Under the pieces are notes generated by a model. The model was not told the DNA's origin and did not search any database. It was given only the letters and a program-made list of their open reading frames with translations. From Octopus vulgaris (lineage: Eukaryota), in contig OX597814.1 in assembly GCA_951406725.2 (NCBI GenBank), positions 5,890,001-5,954,000 of the forward strand: a stretch of DNA of 64,000 nucleotides, written 5' to 3'. The position numbers and the translations under genes were made by a program. The first letter of the stretch is position 1, and each line of letters begins with the position of its first letter. Of this stretch, positions 23,545 through 36,653 are shown in pieces.

Positions 23545-24532
23545 ATCATCATCAGCATCATCGTTTAACGTCCGCTTTCCATGCTAGCATGGGTTGGACG
23601 ATTTTGACTGAGGTCTGGCGAACCAGATGGCTGCACCAGGCTCCAATCTTGATCTGGCAGAGTTTCTACAGCTGGATGCCCTTCCTAACGCCAACCACTC
23701 TGAGAGTATAGTGGGTGCTTTTTACATGCCACCAGCATGGGGGCCAGTCAGGCAGTACTGGCAATGACCTCGCTCGAATCTTTTTACATGTGCCACCGGC
23801 ACAGGTGCCAGTGAAGCGACTTTGGTAACGATCACGCTCGAGTGGTGCCCTTTTACGTGCCATGGGTATTGAAGCCAGTTGGCTGCTCTGGCAACGATCA
23901 TGCTCGGATGGTGCTCTTGGCACCCTACTAGCACTGACACAAGAGCCTGTAAGGCGACGCTGGTAATGATCATACTCAAATGGTGCCCTTTTATGTGCCA
24001 CTGGTACGGAAGCCGGTTAGCCGCTCTGTCAACGATCACACTCGTATGGTGCTCTTTGCACCCCGCGAGCATGGATGCCAGTCATTGAATTTGATTTTGA
24101 TTTTGATTTCACTTGCCTCAACAGGTCTTCACAAGCAGAGTTTTGTGACCAAAGAAGGAAAAGGTATGCATAAGCGGGCTGGTTATGCTCCTGGCATAGG
24201 CCACAGGTTATGGTCGCATTTGGCTTGCCGGGTCTTCTCGGCACAGCATATTTCCAAAAGTCTCAGTCGCTAGTCATTGCCTTGGTGAGGCCTAATGTTC
24301 GAAGGTCGTGCTTCACCACTTCATCCCAGGTCTTCCTGGGTCTACCTCTTCCACAGGTTTCCTCAACCGCTAGGGTGTGGCACTTTTTCACGCAGCTATT
24401 CTCATCCATTCTCACCACATGACCATTCCAGCGCAGTCGTCTCTCTTGCACACCACATCTAATGCTTTTTAGGTTCAACTTTTCTCTCAAGGTACTTACA
24501 CTCTGTTGAGGATGAACACTGACATTACACAT

Positions 24533-24535
<3 letters not shown>
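23545..24535 (-). mobile_element. RTE LINE 3' end (ORF2 C-terminus plus 3' UTR)
   Basis: ERRLRWNGHVVRM...GRGRPRKTWDEVVKHDL followed by the UTR with subrepeats and a (GAT)n tail. Confidence 0.9.
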
Positions 24536-24607
<72 letters not shown>

Positions 24608-25767
24608 TATATGTGTGTGTGTGCAAGCAAATGTTTATGTATACTTTATATATGTATGTATGTGTGTGTGTGTGTGTTATTCACATGTATGCCTATGTGA
24701 GTATATTTATGACCTTGAAAAAAGCCATAGCCACCACTCACAAGTGTGTGTTGTTGGCATGTCCCATGCTTTTGCTAATGGTTTCAGGTCCCTGTTTAGT
24801 CTTGAGCAGATATAGGCACCTTGGTGGTCCTGCCAGACCCAGTGGAATATCTAGGATGCAACAGTTTCAGGGAGATGGCTGCACCATCACTTGCTTACTA
24901 CACATTTTTGGCAGGAGTAACTTTAAATAAAGTGACTTGCTCAAGCATACGATGCACTGTGTCTGGTCCCGCCCGGGTTCAAACCCTCAGTCTTATGACC
25001 GTGGGCCCAACACTGTGTCTTCTGGGCCACACAATTTGTTATTTGCATTTGTTTTATTGACATTGGCAAAGTTTGATGTTGGAATATGTTGAAGTGCAGC
25101 TCCCTGCCGAATTCATGCAAGTCTGTCACCATCTCTTGTTACAGATTGATTATTAAGGCAATATTACGGCAGCAGCGTTAGAATGCAAGGCTGAGGTTTA
25201 GTGACATTCTCTCATCTTTATGTTCTGAGTTCAAATTCTGCCAAGGTTGACTTTCGGGGGGGGGGGGTCATAAAATAAGAACCAGTTGAAAACTAGGGTT
25301 GATCTAAGAGACCTATCCTCTGCACCGAAATTGCTGGCCTTGTGCCAAAATAGGAAATCTATATTAAGGCAGCAGAATCTCAGAATTAGTAGAATATAAC
25401 TGGACCAAATAGCTTTCATTATTTAGTTATGTCCCTTATATATTTCACTATTTGGCTATTTCCCTTTTTATCTTGAATTCAAATATGACCTGGGTCAAGC
25501 AATATACCAGAGGTCGATTCAAATGATGACAAGTTTCTTCTAGCAATTTGTTGCTTTTGTTCTCATTCTTACAAATTAAAATTGTTATTAACATAATTTA
25601 TGCAATCAAACATTAACATAATTTATGTACTGTAAGACTAACCAAATTTATATGTTATATGTTTTTTTCTCCATAGAGAATATTTCATTGATTTGTACCA
25701 ATTTGTTTAGTTTTCTAAATATTACCATTTTAACTCCTGTTCTTTCTAAATCTTTATTTTATATTAG

Positions 25768-25909
25768 TGCAAAGAAAAATGGAGTGAGTATTCCTTCTGT
25801 TATGGCCATCAGATGGAGTGATCTTTTGCAGCCCATTAACTACCTCTCTCCTCCAATAACACCAGAAACAGTGTCACAGTTTGCCGAGGCTTCTAAAGTT
25901 GAAAAATTT
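25768..25909 (+). CDS. TXNDC16: TXNDC16-like exon (AKKNGVSIPSVMAIRW...ASKVEKF)
   Basis: attag acceptor and GTAAGA donor, phase 2 to 0, open frame. Confidence 0.85.
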
Positions 25910-26063
25910 GTAAGAATAGCAGATATTCTCACACTTTATTTGATATTTTCAAAGAATTTTGCACAGTTCTACATTTCTATAACAGAATTATTTTGTCCTT
26001 TTGATTTCTTTTAACTTCATTCTCAGTAATTTTTGACAACTTCTGTTTTTTTTTCACTGCTAT

Positions 26064-26290
26064 TTAACCCTTTCGTTACCGTATTTATTTTGAGATGCTC
26101 TGTGTTTCTTTCAATTATTTTAAATATAACAAAGAATTTAGTAAAATAACTTAGTTATGATTAATCTAGTGTTAGGAACATAAATTGTGACTAAGGTTTG
26201 GTGGAAGATTTTAATTCAATACTTATGAAAACAAGACATTTTACCACAGAGCCAGAGCTGGTTTTGGCCGGGTTAGTAACAAAAGGGTTC
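26064..26290 (-). mobile_element. Single TTAA MITE, same family, opposite orientation
   Basis: TTAACCCTTTCGTTAC...GTAACAAAAGGG terminal inverted repeats. The body is the reverse complement of the 19598 unit. Confidence 0.8.
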
Positions 26291-27486
26291 ATTTCTATAC
26301 CAGTTGTCATAGCAACTGTTTGTTGATGGATTCACCTATTGAATGGCAGGTTACAGAGTCAATAAACACACACAATTAATAATAGTTGATTTTAAAAAAA
26401 TTTCATCAAATTTCATTCTTTTTGAGTCAGTTTTGTCCTCAGGTTGTTGTTGTTGCTAATGTTGTTGTTTAACCCCCATGTCAGCTCTGATGAAGCAAGT
26501 ATAAGGATCAAGAGCGTTCCAGCTGTGACAATCCCATCTTCATTCTACTCATCTAGGACTCCTTCTCCTCCTCTTCCTCCTCCTCCAATGTGGCCATCAC
26601 TGCTGCGACTGCCACTGCTGCCGCCACCACTGCCACCACCACCATCACTGCCTCCTTCTCCCCCTCAACCTCCTCCCCTTCATCATCATTTTACACACTT
26701 TCAAAGTTGTTGTGAATTAGATGGGTTGTCATAGTTCTTGAGTTAGTCCTATGACTGGATGGATGCCCTTCCTATCTCAGCAGAGTTCAAGGTCAATCTG
26801 TGCCAAGCAGCTTCACTCCATGTGCTTGAGCTTCGTTACTATGGCAACAGTTCAGATGCTTAGTGATCAGACCTCGTGTTTATATATATATATATATATC
26901 ATCATCATCGTTTAACGTCCGTTTTCCGTGCTAGCACGATATATACATATATAATAATAATAATAATCATCATCGTCGTTTAACGTCCGTTCTCCATGCT
27001 AGCATGGGTTGGACGGTTCGACCGGGGTTCTGGGAAGCCAGAAGGCTGCACCAGGCTCCAGTCTAATCTGGCAATGTTTCTACAGCTGGATGCCCTTCCT
27101 AACGCCAACCACTCCGTGAGTGTAGTGGGTGCTTTTTACGTGCCACCTGCACAGGTGCCAGGCGGGGCTGGCAACGGCCACGGTCAGATTGGTGTATTTT
27201 ATGTGCCACCGGCACGGAAGCCAGTCGAGGCGGTGCTGGCATCGGCCACGAGTTGGATGGTGCTTTTTACGTACCACCAGACCAGGGATCCTGGCTGGTT
27301 CAATTCGATTTCGATTTCGCTTGCCCCAACATGTCTTCACAAGCAAAGGGGGTTGGCAAGGGTGCCTGTCGTACGGTCGCATTGGAGCATTTTACGTGCC
27401 ACGGCCACGAGTCGGATAGTGCTTTTTACGTACCACCAGACCAGGGATCCTGGCTGGTTCAATTCGATTTCGATTTCGCTTGCCCC

Positions 27487-27530
<44 letters not shown>

Positions 27531-28256
27531 CTAAGATATCTGGTGCTTTGCTGCACTCAGGAAACCCTTCACAACAGAAGTGTTAGGGCCGTTTCCTCTG
27601 GTAGCGAGGATTGGCCAGCAAGAATCCCGTGCCAATGCCACAAAACTGGGCTCATGCAGGGCCACATTAAAAGCACCCAGGACACACTCTCAGAGTGGTT
27701 GGCATTAGGAAGGGCGTCCAACTGCAGAAACCAAATCAAATCAGACTGGAAGCTGGTGCAGCTCTTCTGCTTGCCAGCTGCATCCAGCTAGCAGAGATAC
27801 CCGGCATTGCCTGGGATTTAAACGGCATAGTTTGTATACATGGTACGTTGAAGTTGAAATGTGATATGGAGAAGTGCAGCATTGATGACAAAACATTTGT
27901 GGAGTAAATGAAAGGTGACTTCGACTGACATGTCATGCTTCAGTTTGGAAGATTCCAGGCCCTAACCTTGTCATGGAAAAGTAGGTGGTGGGTATGTAAT
28001 TTTTGAATGCACCAAAAAAGCTATCAGTAGATATACTCTCCTCCCCTGGCACCTGTACCGGTGGCATGTAAAAAGCACCCACTACACTCACGGAGTGGTT
28101 GGTGTTAGGAAGGGCGTCCAGCTGTAGAAACACTGCCAGATCAGACTGGAGCCTGGTGCAGCCAGTCCAACCCATGCTTGCATGGAAAACGAACGTTAAA
28201 CGATGATGCTGATGATGATGATTTCATCTGGGTTTTTTTTTTCCCCATTTCATTAG

Positions 28257-28420
28257 GGTGAACTGACACCAGAAATCCTGCCTTATATTCACCGTTTGGG
28301 AAAACCATTAAGCATTTTCTTCTGGAAACCATCGGACACTTGTGAAAGTGCTTTTGCAGAAGTGAAAAGAGTTTCCCAATCAGTTAAATCACAAGATATA
28401 GTTTTCACCTGGCTCAATCT
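28257..28420 (+). CDS. TXNDC16: TXNDC16-like exon (GELTPEILPYIHRLGKPLSIFF...VFTWLN)
   Basis: cattag acceptor and GTAAGT donor, phase 0 to 2. Matches the recalled EITVENLP...KPLLILF...WLNL. Confidence 0.9.
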
Positions 28421-28603
28421 GTAAGTACCTTCCATTTTTACCTGGCTGTCTGCTGTATTCACCTGGAGTAATTTAGGGTTGAAGTCGCTTTCTAATTTCC
28501 TCTTCATCAAGAATAATGTTAGGAGCTGATGAATTTTGATTCTAAGTTTCATGGCTCAGTTTTTATGGTTCTTTAGATTTACTGATAAGATTTAATTGAT
28601 CAC

Positions 28604-28913
28604 AATTGCAGCGTGGAAGGTGTTTATAAGCCATTTAAGATACACACAAAAACCATTAGATTCACTTCAACATCTAAATTTAATTTGTCAAAATATTTTC
28701 GTCGCTTTGAGACCGCGACCTGTTCACTGACAAAACTGACAGCATGAAGTTTTGTCAGTGAAAAATTTTGACAAATTAAATTTAAATGTTGAAGTGAATC
28801 TGACGGTTTTTGTGTTTCTTAAATGGCTTATAAACACCTTCCACGCTGCAATTGTTTTCGTTCCAGCACACGATCTCAGATCAAGTCACTTGCTATGCAA
28901 GTACATCTCTGTA
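28604..28913. mobile_element. Foldback (inverted-arm) Penelope-like non-autonomous element with 14-bp TSD
   Basis: Arms of about 130 bp are inverted around ~28742. ATTTAATTGATCAC occurs at both 28590-28603 and 28914-28927. Confidence 0.75.
28684..28734 (-). ncRNA. Minimal hammerhead-like ribozyme, G3-C8 variant
   Basis: Minus strand reads UUUGUCA-GUGAACA-G-GUCGC(9-nt loop)GCGAC-GAA-AAUAUU-U-UGACAAA. Confidence 0.7.
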
Positions 28914-28974
28914 ATTTAATTGATCACCTTTTTTTATGATAAATATTTGTTTATTGTTAATCAATATGCCGGTA

Positions 28975-29360
28975 CATGTGGCCATGTGGAAAGAAGCTTG
29001 CTTCCCAACCAGCCTACTAGGTGGCACTTTGAGCAAATGCCTTGACTATAGCCTAGAGATGACTGAAACCATGTGAGTGGAGTTGGTATAGGGAAACTGA
29101 AAGAAGCCCGTCAAATATATACATATATATGTGTGTGTCTTTGTGTCTGTGTTTGTTTCCCCCCCCACACACTTAATACTCGACAACCAGTGTTGGTTTG
29201 TTTATGTCTTCATAACTTAGCTGTTCAGTAAAAGAGACTGACAGAATAAGCTCCAGACTTAAAAAAAGTCCTCGGCTTAATTCTTTCAACTAGAAATTCT
29301 TCAAGATGGTGCCCCAGTATGGCCACAGTTGAATTACTGAAACAAGTAAATGATAAAAGG
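28975..29360 (+). mobile_element. Old diverged family A SINE
   Basis: Colinear but degenerate match (gtgagtggagttggta...gaaactgaaagaagcccgtc...actgaaacaagtaa). Confidence 0.7.
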
Positions 29361-29820
29361 CATTAATTATATGTAAGTTAATTAATACACAGCTATTAAT
29401 TTATATAGACTAATATCAATTAAGGCATAAATTCATATAATGATTGAGGGCAGCACTAACGATCTCGTTAGACTAATCAAAGTCGTTTGATGCATTGAAG
29501 AATATTTTCAGTTATTTCCAATAACGATATTGGACTCAAATTTTGGCACAAGACCAGCAACTTTGGGAGATGGGGGTGAGTCAATTACATTGACCCCAGC
29601 ATTCAGCTGGTACTCATTTTATTTAACCTGAAATAATGAAAGGCAAACCTCACTGGAATTTGAACTCAGAACATAAAGACAGAAAAAGCATTTTGTCCAG
29701 TGGGCTCATAACTCTGCCAGCTTGCCAACTTCATTTCCAAAAATTATATTGGAGGAAGAGTAGGATCCAGAATATCATACATACCTATGTATACCTTACA
29801 TAAATTTATGTATTCCTGAT

Positions 29821-29977
29821 GTGTGGTAAGTAGCTTGCTTACCAACCACATGGTTCTGGGTTCAGTCCCACTGCGTGACACCCTGGGCAAGTGTCTTCTA
29901 CTAAAGCCTCAGGTTGGCCAAAGCCTCATGAGTGGATTTGGTAGATGGAAACCGAAAAGAAGCCCATCATATATATA

Positions 29978-30010
<33 letters not shown>

Positions 30011-30027
30011 CTGTGTGTGTGTTTGTA

Positions 30028-30074
<47 letters not shown>

Positions 30075-30700
30075 TTGTCCTCCCACCATCGCTTGACAAC
30101 TGATGCTGGTCTGTTTATATCCCCGTAACTTAGCAGTTCGGCAAAAGAGACTGATAGAATAAGTCCTAAGGTCGATTTGTTTGACTAAAGACGGTGCTCC
30201 AGCATGGTCACAGCCAAATGTCTGAAACAAATAAAAGAATAAAAGAATAAATTAAGGAATTCCTAAAACAAATGTATGCGTTCTTAATATAAATTAAAGA
30301 ATAGGCGCAGGAGTGGCTGTGTGGTAAGTAGCTTGCTAACCAACCACATGGTTCCGGGTTCAGTCCCACTGCGTAGCATCTTGGGCAAGTGTCTTCTGCT
30401 ATAGCTCCGGGCCAACCAATGCCTTGTGAGTGGATTTGGTAGACGGAAACTGAAAGAAGCCTTGTCGTATATATGTATATGTATGTGTTTGTGTGTCTGT
30501 GTTTGTTCCCCTGGCATTGCTTGACAACCGATGCTGGTGTCTTTACGTCCTTGTCACTTAGCAAAAGAGACCGATAGAATAAGTACTGGGCTTACAAAGA
30601 ATAAGTCCCGGGGTTGATTTGCTCGACTAAAGGCGGTGCTCCAGCATGGCCGCAGTCAAATGACTGAAACAAGTAAAAGAGTAAAAAGAGTAAAAGAGTA
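29821..30700 (+). mobile_element. Two tandem family A SINEs (about 29821-30250 and 30304-30700)
   Basis: Both have the head, internal microsatellite and tail. Confidence 0.85.
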
Positions 30701-30770
30701 ATTCCTTATATAACTGTTTCTTTTTGTGCAAAAATATAAACATGTCCTTACTGTTCCATCTCAGTTCAAC

Positions 30771-31163
30771 TAATATAAAAGTGAGGTTGTGTGCTGTCTG
30801 TCTCCTACGATTTAGATTCCTAACTACTCCCACATTTTGCTGTGCAGTTTAACCAAAACCGGGTATCTTATAGTCGTGATTCATATCGAGCCCTTCTGGG
30901 TATTAGCACACGTCTACGATGAGTCTATGATTTAAAAAAAAATTTACCATCAATTTTTCCCATTTTTAATGCATTTTTTTGCTATTATATAGGGGAAGTA
31001 ACTCTCTAAAAATGTATTATTAAATCTCAGAACGTAAAAAGCTACAGTAACACCCCCCCTTTGTGGTTAGCCATATTGAGATGGCTATTATACTATAAAT
31101 CTCTAAAAATGCTTTATAGTTATTTCCCTTACAAACCCGAGCAACGCCGGGCGATACTGCTAG
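30771..31163 (+). mobile_element. Non-autonomous Helitron (variant internal segment)
   Basis: Ends CCCGAGCAACGCCGGGCGATACTGCTAG. One internal unit is replaced by unrelated sequence. Confidence 0.78.
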
Positions 31164-31213
31164 GATTTTAATAAAGAACAGCTTTTAACTAATTTCTTCT
31201 GTTTATTTTTCAG

Positions 31214-31310
31214 AGCATCACAGATGTCTGATCATTTCCAAATTCAGTTATTTGAAACTTATTTTCAAGCTCCTGTAGTTCCTGCTTTATCCATGGTTTA
31301 CTTCTCTGAG
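31214..31310 (+). CDS. TXNDC16: TXNDC16-like exon with GC donor (ASQMSDHFQIQLFETYFQAPVVPALSMVYFSE)
   Basis: ttttcag acceptor. GAG|GCAAGC gives the phase 0 required by the next exon. Confidence 0.8.
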
Positions 31311-32317
31311 GCAAGCATTATTATTATTATCATTGTTATTCATCATCATCGTTTAACGTCCGCTTTCCATGCTAGCATGGGTTGGACGGTTTGACTGAGG
31401 GCTGGCGAACCAGATGGCTGCACCAGGCTCCAATCTTGATCTGGCAGAGTTTCTACAGCTGGATGCCCTTCCTAATGCCAACCACTCCAAGAGTGATGTG
31501 GGTGCTTTTTACATGCCACCGGCACGAGGGCCAGTGAAACGGTTCTGGCAATGACCTCGCTCAAATCTTTTTACACATGCCACCGGCACAGGTGCCAGTA
31601 AGGTGACATTGGTAATGACCACGCTCAAATGGTGCCCTTTTACGTGCCACCGGCACGGAAGCCAGTTGGCTGCTCTGGCAACGATCACGCTCAGATGGTG
31701 CTCTTGGCACTCTACTAGCACAGGCACAAGTGCCAGTAAGGCGACGCTGGTAACGATCACACTCGAATGGTGCCCTTTTATGTGCCACTGGCATGGAAGC
31801 TGGGTAGCTGCTTTTTATTATTATTATTGTTGTTATTATTATTGTTGTTGTTGTTGTTATTTTTATTATTGAGTGAGAGAGCAGTGCATGCTATGGTGAT
31901 CTCATATCAAGATAAACAGCGCATGACCTTGCAGGTGGGGCCCAGTTAGAAATTTCTTCTGGTCAAGTAGCCCATCACGCTCAAAAGGTACCTAAATAAG
32001 GATTGTTTAAGGATGTTGAACGAACCACCCATGTTTCCAAAGGTGAATTATCTAAACCTCTAAGAATTCCTCTCAACACATGGCTATGATGCTCCCCCAC
32101 TACTTCTGCTTGTGATCAGCGATGCACATATCTTCAGCCACTAAGGGACATGCTCAACTGGTTAAGGTCCAACAACTGACAAGCAAATCTGTGGTGTTGA
32201 GCAGAATATTTGCTGTAGCCCATCTTTTATACCAAGACAAAACAATGTACATGATAACACTTCCAATCAGTTAAGATCAGAAGCCATGAGAGCCACTGCC
32301 TGGTACTGCATCAGGGC

Positions 32318-32375
<58 letters not shown>

Positions 32376-32376
<1 letters not shown>

Positions 32377-32640
32377 GTAGTTTTATTTTTATAGCGTGCT
32401 TTCACTTCACTACCGAGCACAGCTCTGTGTGCCTGGGTATGTGCTGTGATTTGTTGTGATGCTCTGATGGTTATTGTATGGAAAGTGTTCTGCATAGGAT
32501 GTGTGCAGTGCCTAGTAGTGCAATTTTCTGTATGTTATATGTGTTTGTAAGTCCTGGTGTTTTTGTTATGTATTTGTCTGAATATTTTTTTATCATGCCT
32601 AATGCACCTACTATGATAGGAATTGTTTCTGTTTTCAGAT
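32376..32640 (-). mobile_element. R4/Dong-clade (RLE) LINE 3' end embedded in (TAA)n
   Basis: Minus strand reads TETIPIIVGALGMI...IQKIALLGTAHIL, flanked by TAA repeats. Confidence 0.8.
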
Positions 32641-32744
32641 TTTTTTGTTTATTATTATTATTATTATTGTTGTTGTTGTTATTATTATTATTATTATTAT
32701 TTATTCTTTTTATCTTTCTTATCTCAAATTTTGTTGTAACTCCT

Positions 32745-33415
32745 GGAGTCTTGAATGCATAGTGGGCTTGCTGCCTACAGCACCATGCTATCTGTTCCTT
32801 TCAACTATCTAACATTTTCCTGATTATTCTGGCTGTGCCAAGGAGGCAAACCATTTGTAACAGTTCTACTGGGCACTCTATTCTGATTTCCTTTATATTC
32901 CCCTTGATACCTTCTGATACTGTCCCCAAGGACCCAACATTATTTGGCACTATCTCCACCTTCTTCATTTTCCATAGCCGGGCTATTACGTACTTAAGAG
33001 GGTTGTAACTATTTTTTTTGCCTTCCTTCTTGACTATTTCTGCGTCAATGGGACATGTAGCACATGTGGTGCATCTTGTAGGCCACCACCACTAAGTCTG
33101 GTTTGTTTTGCTCTAGCAGCTGATCTGTTTGTTTTGGGAAATCCCAGAGGATTTTGCTAGTCTCCAACTCCACTTCTCTGTGGTTTGTACTCATATTGTG
33201 TCTTGCCTCTCTCTAGTCCCCTCCTTTTTGCATAGTTTCTAATGTAGCACTTTCGCTACCTGATCATGTCACTACACCTTGTAGAGGTTTTGGGCAAGTC
33301 CAGGGCATTTTTTTTTCATGATTTCAACCATTCTATTACAGATGTGGCACAGCACAAACACTTGCTCATTCCTAAGGTCGACCCGGTTTGTGGCCAAAGC
33401 TTGGTTGTATGCTGC
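32745..33415 (-). mobile_element. Second decayed R4/Dong-like RLE fragment
   Basis: Minus strand reads HDQVAKVLH...ILWDF...NKPDLVVV...IVP..VGSLGTV...LLGTARIIRK with frameshifts. Confidence 0.75.
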
Positions 33416-33770
33416 CAGTCTTGGGCTCTCAGATTATCATCATTATTATACTTCCAGTTGGAAGGCTAGAATGTCAGTGGAAGCTTGGCAGGTAGTTTTG
33501 TTATCAAAACTACTGTCTTCATTGGTATTATTGTTTAAAAGGGAGCATAAGACAATGGACTTTGTCCCCAGAAAAAAAATAATATTTGCTACATACTGTG
33601 CAGGTGGCACGTAAAAAGCACCCACTACACTCGTGGAGTGGTTGGCGTTAGGAAGGGCATCAAGCTGTAGAAACACTGCCAGATCAGACTGAAGCCTGGA
33701 GCAGCCCCTGGCTCCCCATACCCCGGTCGAACCATCCAACCCGTGCTAGCGCGGAAAACAGATGTCAAAC

Positions 33771-33807
<37 letters not shown>

Positions 33808-34230
33808 ATGGTGGGTGTCACCTGAATTTTATAGGGAGTTGGTTATTGTTGGAGCTGGAAGAATTTTCTGGTTGTCAAGAAGTTGTCTTTGCTCTCTCGT
33901 CAGGATGGGTGATTACCAAGATAAGTGGCAGGGAGGCCCAGTGTATGTAGCAACCATGAGGGACAGAGTTGCATGCTGTTTATGTTTGGTGTGGGAGATG
34001 TTTCATGATGTGAGTAGTGATTGAGTCTTTTGCTATTGAAAGAAGAAACAAGACTGGAATGACCCCAGGAGAGAATGTCTTAAGGGTCTCTGGTCAGGAA
34101 GGCAGTTCAGATTTAGGTTGCAAGTAAATGATGCTTGAGTGTGGGAGGTTAAAGAGGAAGGAAGGATGGTTCCATCAGTGTAAGGAGACGATGTTGTTAG
34201 AGGTGATGACAAGTAGGTTGGTGGTATTTA

Positions 34231-34445
34231 GGCGAGCTGGCAGAAACGTTAGCACGCCGGGCGAAATGCTTAGCGGTATTTCGTCTGCATTACGTTGTGA
34301 GATCATATTCCGCCGAGGTTGACTTTGCCATTCATCCTTTCGGGGTCGATAAATTAAGTACCAGTTACGCACTGGGGTCGATGTAATCGACTTAATACCT
34401 ATGTCTGTCCTTGTTTGTCCCCTCTGTGGGTAATAAAGAAATAGG
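34231..34445 (+). mobile_element. SINE family C monomer
   Basis: GGCGAGCTGGCAGAAACGTTAGC head. Reverse-complement match to 9096-9499. Confidence 0.8.
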
Positions 34446-34893
34446 TATTTAGGGGGAAGAATGTGTGTCTTTGAGAAGGGGCAACCCAAACCCTGGAGCA
34501 GAGCAAAGTTGATGATGTGTGGGACAAAGAGAGTTCCATCGACCTATGCCAAAACAATGCAGTCTGGCATCAAAGAGACGAGAAATAAATGGAGCCCCAC
34601 AATGGACAGTTTTGGGAGGAGATTCAGGAGTGAGGCATAAGGAAAAACTCTAGTGATATTAAGGACAATAAAAGTTGAAAGTGAAATCTCCCGGGTGACT
34701 GGTATTAAAAGGTAAGTGTCCAATAGATCTGGTTTTATGAAAGTCATACTTATGAGTGTGTAGCTGGCATTTTAGAAAAGTCCAGAGTTAGTTTGTCGGA
34801 GATAAATCCTGGATGTAAAACAGAAAGACCTGAGTCAAACAGGAAAGCGTGGAATGTGGTGTCTAGTTTCTTGATTATTCTACTTTAATTTCA

Positions 34894-35263
34894 GTGGAGG
34901 CGCAACGGTCCAGTGGTTAGGGCAGCAGACTCGCGGTTTCGATTCTCAGACTGGGCGTTGTGAGTGTTTATTGAGCGAAAACACCTAAAAGCTCCACGAG
35001 GCTCCGGCAGGGATGGTGGTGAACCCTGCTGTACTCTTTCACCACAACTTTCTCTCACTCTTACTTCCTGTTTCTGTTGTACCTGTATTTCAATGGGCCG
35101 GCCTTGTCACTCTCTGTGTCATGCTGAATATCCCCGAGAACTACGTTAAGGGTACACGTGTCTGTGGAGTGCTCAGCCACTTACACGTTAATTTCACGAG
35201 CAGGCTGTTCCGTTGATTCGGATCAACCGGAACCCTCATCGTCGTAACCGACGGAGTGCTTCC
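34894..35263 (+). mobile_element. tRNA-derived SINE family B, tail type 2, 12-bp TSD
   Basis: ACTTTAATTTCA at 34882-34893 and 35264-35275. Confidence 0.88.
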
Positions 35264-35323
35264 ACTTTAATTTCAAAATATTATTTTAATTTAAAAGAGA
35301 TTCACTTTTAAACTTTCTTCCAG

Positions 35324-35423
35324 CATGCTGTTTATAACTATGAAGATGGGAATTTTTCAGAAGAATCGGTTTTGGAATGGATGGAGAAGCTGAGGGAAAA
35401 GAGACATGAAATGAAGTCATCGT
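35324..35423 (+). CDS. TXNDC16: TXNDC16-like exon (HAVYNYEDGNFSEESVLEWMEKLREKRHEMKSS)
   Basis: ttccag acceptor and GTAAGT donor, phase 0 to 1. EExVxxWxxKL motif. Confidence 0.9.
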
Positions 35424-36084
35424 GTAAGTAGAATATGTAATTATCTTTATTAACAGATTTAATTAATTAACACTGCTGGTTTAGTACTGCTTAAAGTAAT
35501 AAATGAAGCCACTCTGTTGTTGTGTGTGTGTGGTGAACTTCATCCATCTCCTTTTTTAACCCCATCAGCTCTAACATCCTGGTCTTTGTGATATTTCCTT
35601 GATGGATTACACCCTACAGTAGATACCTTTAAGACACCCCTACCGATATATCTTGGTTGACCCATCAAGACGGTCCCTGTGGCATCATTCTTCTCCTATT
35701 TGAGGCTATTACATATTAATTAAGGATTTTTATATTACACAAGTTTAACTTCCTTCTTACAAGAATCACCTTTGCAACTCAATGGTAAATTCTAACAAGG
35801 GACCGGGACATTCTCTGATGTAAACATTTGGGTCAAGTCCATCTGAGAATCCCCTGATCCGTTGTGCATCTTTGTGGTTCCACTTTGATGTAAACATTGG
35901 GGTCAGGTCTATCATTAGAGAACACCTCCCTCCTTCCCTTCCACTTGTCTTGGGGCCCCTGTAGAGGGCCATAAAGTGTGGTCCCTCCTCTACATGAATG
36001 TAGCATTACTGCTGTAATATTTGTTAACTGTTTCTGTTGTCATTTCTCTCTGTTGTGGAATCATTTCTCAATTTCCTATTTCAG

Positions 36085-36165
36085 ATGACATGGAATACAA
36101 CGACTGGAAACCAACTCTGAGGAGTATCAACTTCCTGAAAGACCATCCCTTTATGCCACTGAAAG
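36085..36165 (+). CDS. TXNDC16: TXNDC16-like exon (DMEYNDWKPTLRSINFLKDHPFMPLK)
   Basis: tttcag acceptor and GTAGGT donor, phase 1 to 1. WKPxL...FL motif. Confidence 0.88.
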
Positions 36166-36179
36166 GTAGGTGGAGTTGC

Positions 36180-36219
<40 letters not shown>

Positions 36220-36246
36220 CACACACACACATGCACACACACACAT

Positions 36247-36283
<37 letters not shown>

Positions 36284-36370
36284 CACACATGCACACACAC
36301 GCACACACACACATGCACACACACACATGCACACACACACATGCACACACACACATGCACACACACACAT

Positions 36371-36409
<39 letters not shown>

Positions 36410-36616
36410 CACATGCACACACACGCACACACACACACATGCACACACACACATGCACACACACGCACACACACACACACACATGCACACACACACATGC
36501 ACACACACACATGCACACACACATGCACACACACACATGCACACACACATGCACACACACACATGCACACACACACATGCACACACACATGCACACACAC
36601 ACACAAACACACACAT

Positions 36617-36653
<37 letters not shown>

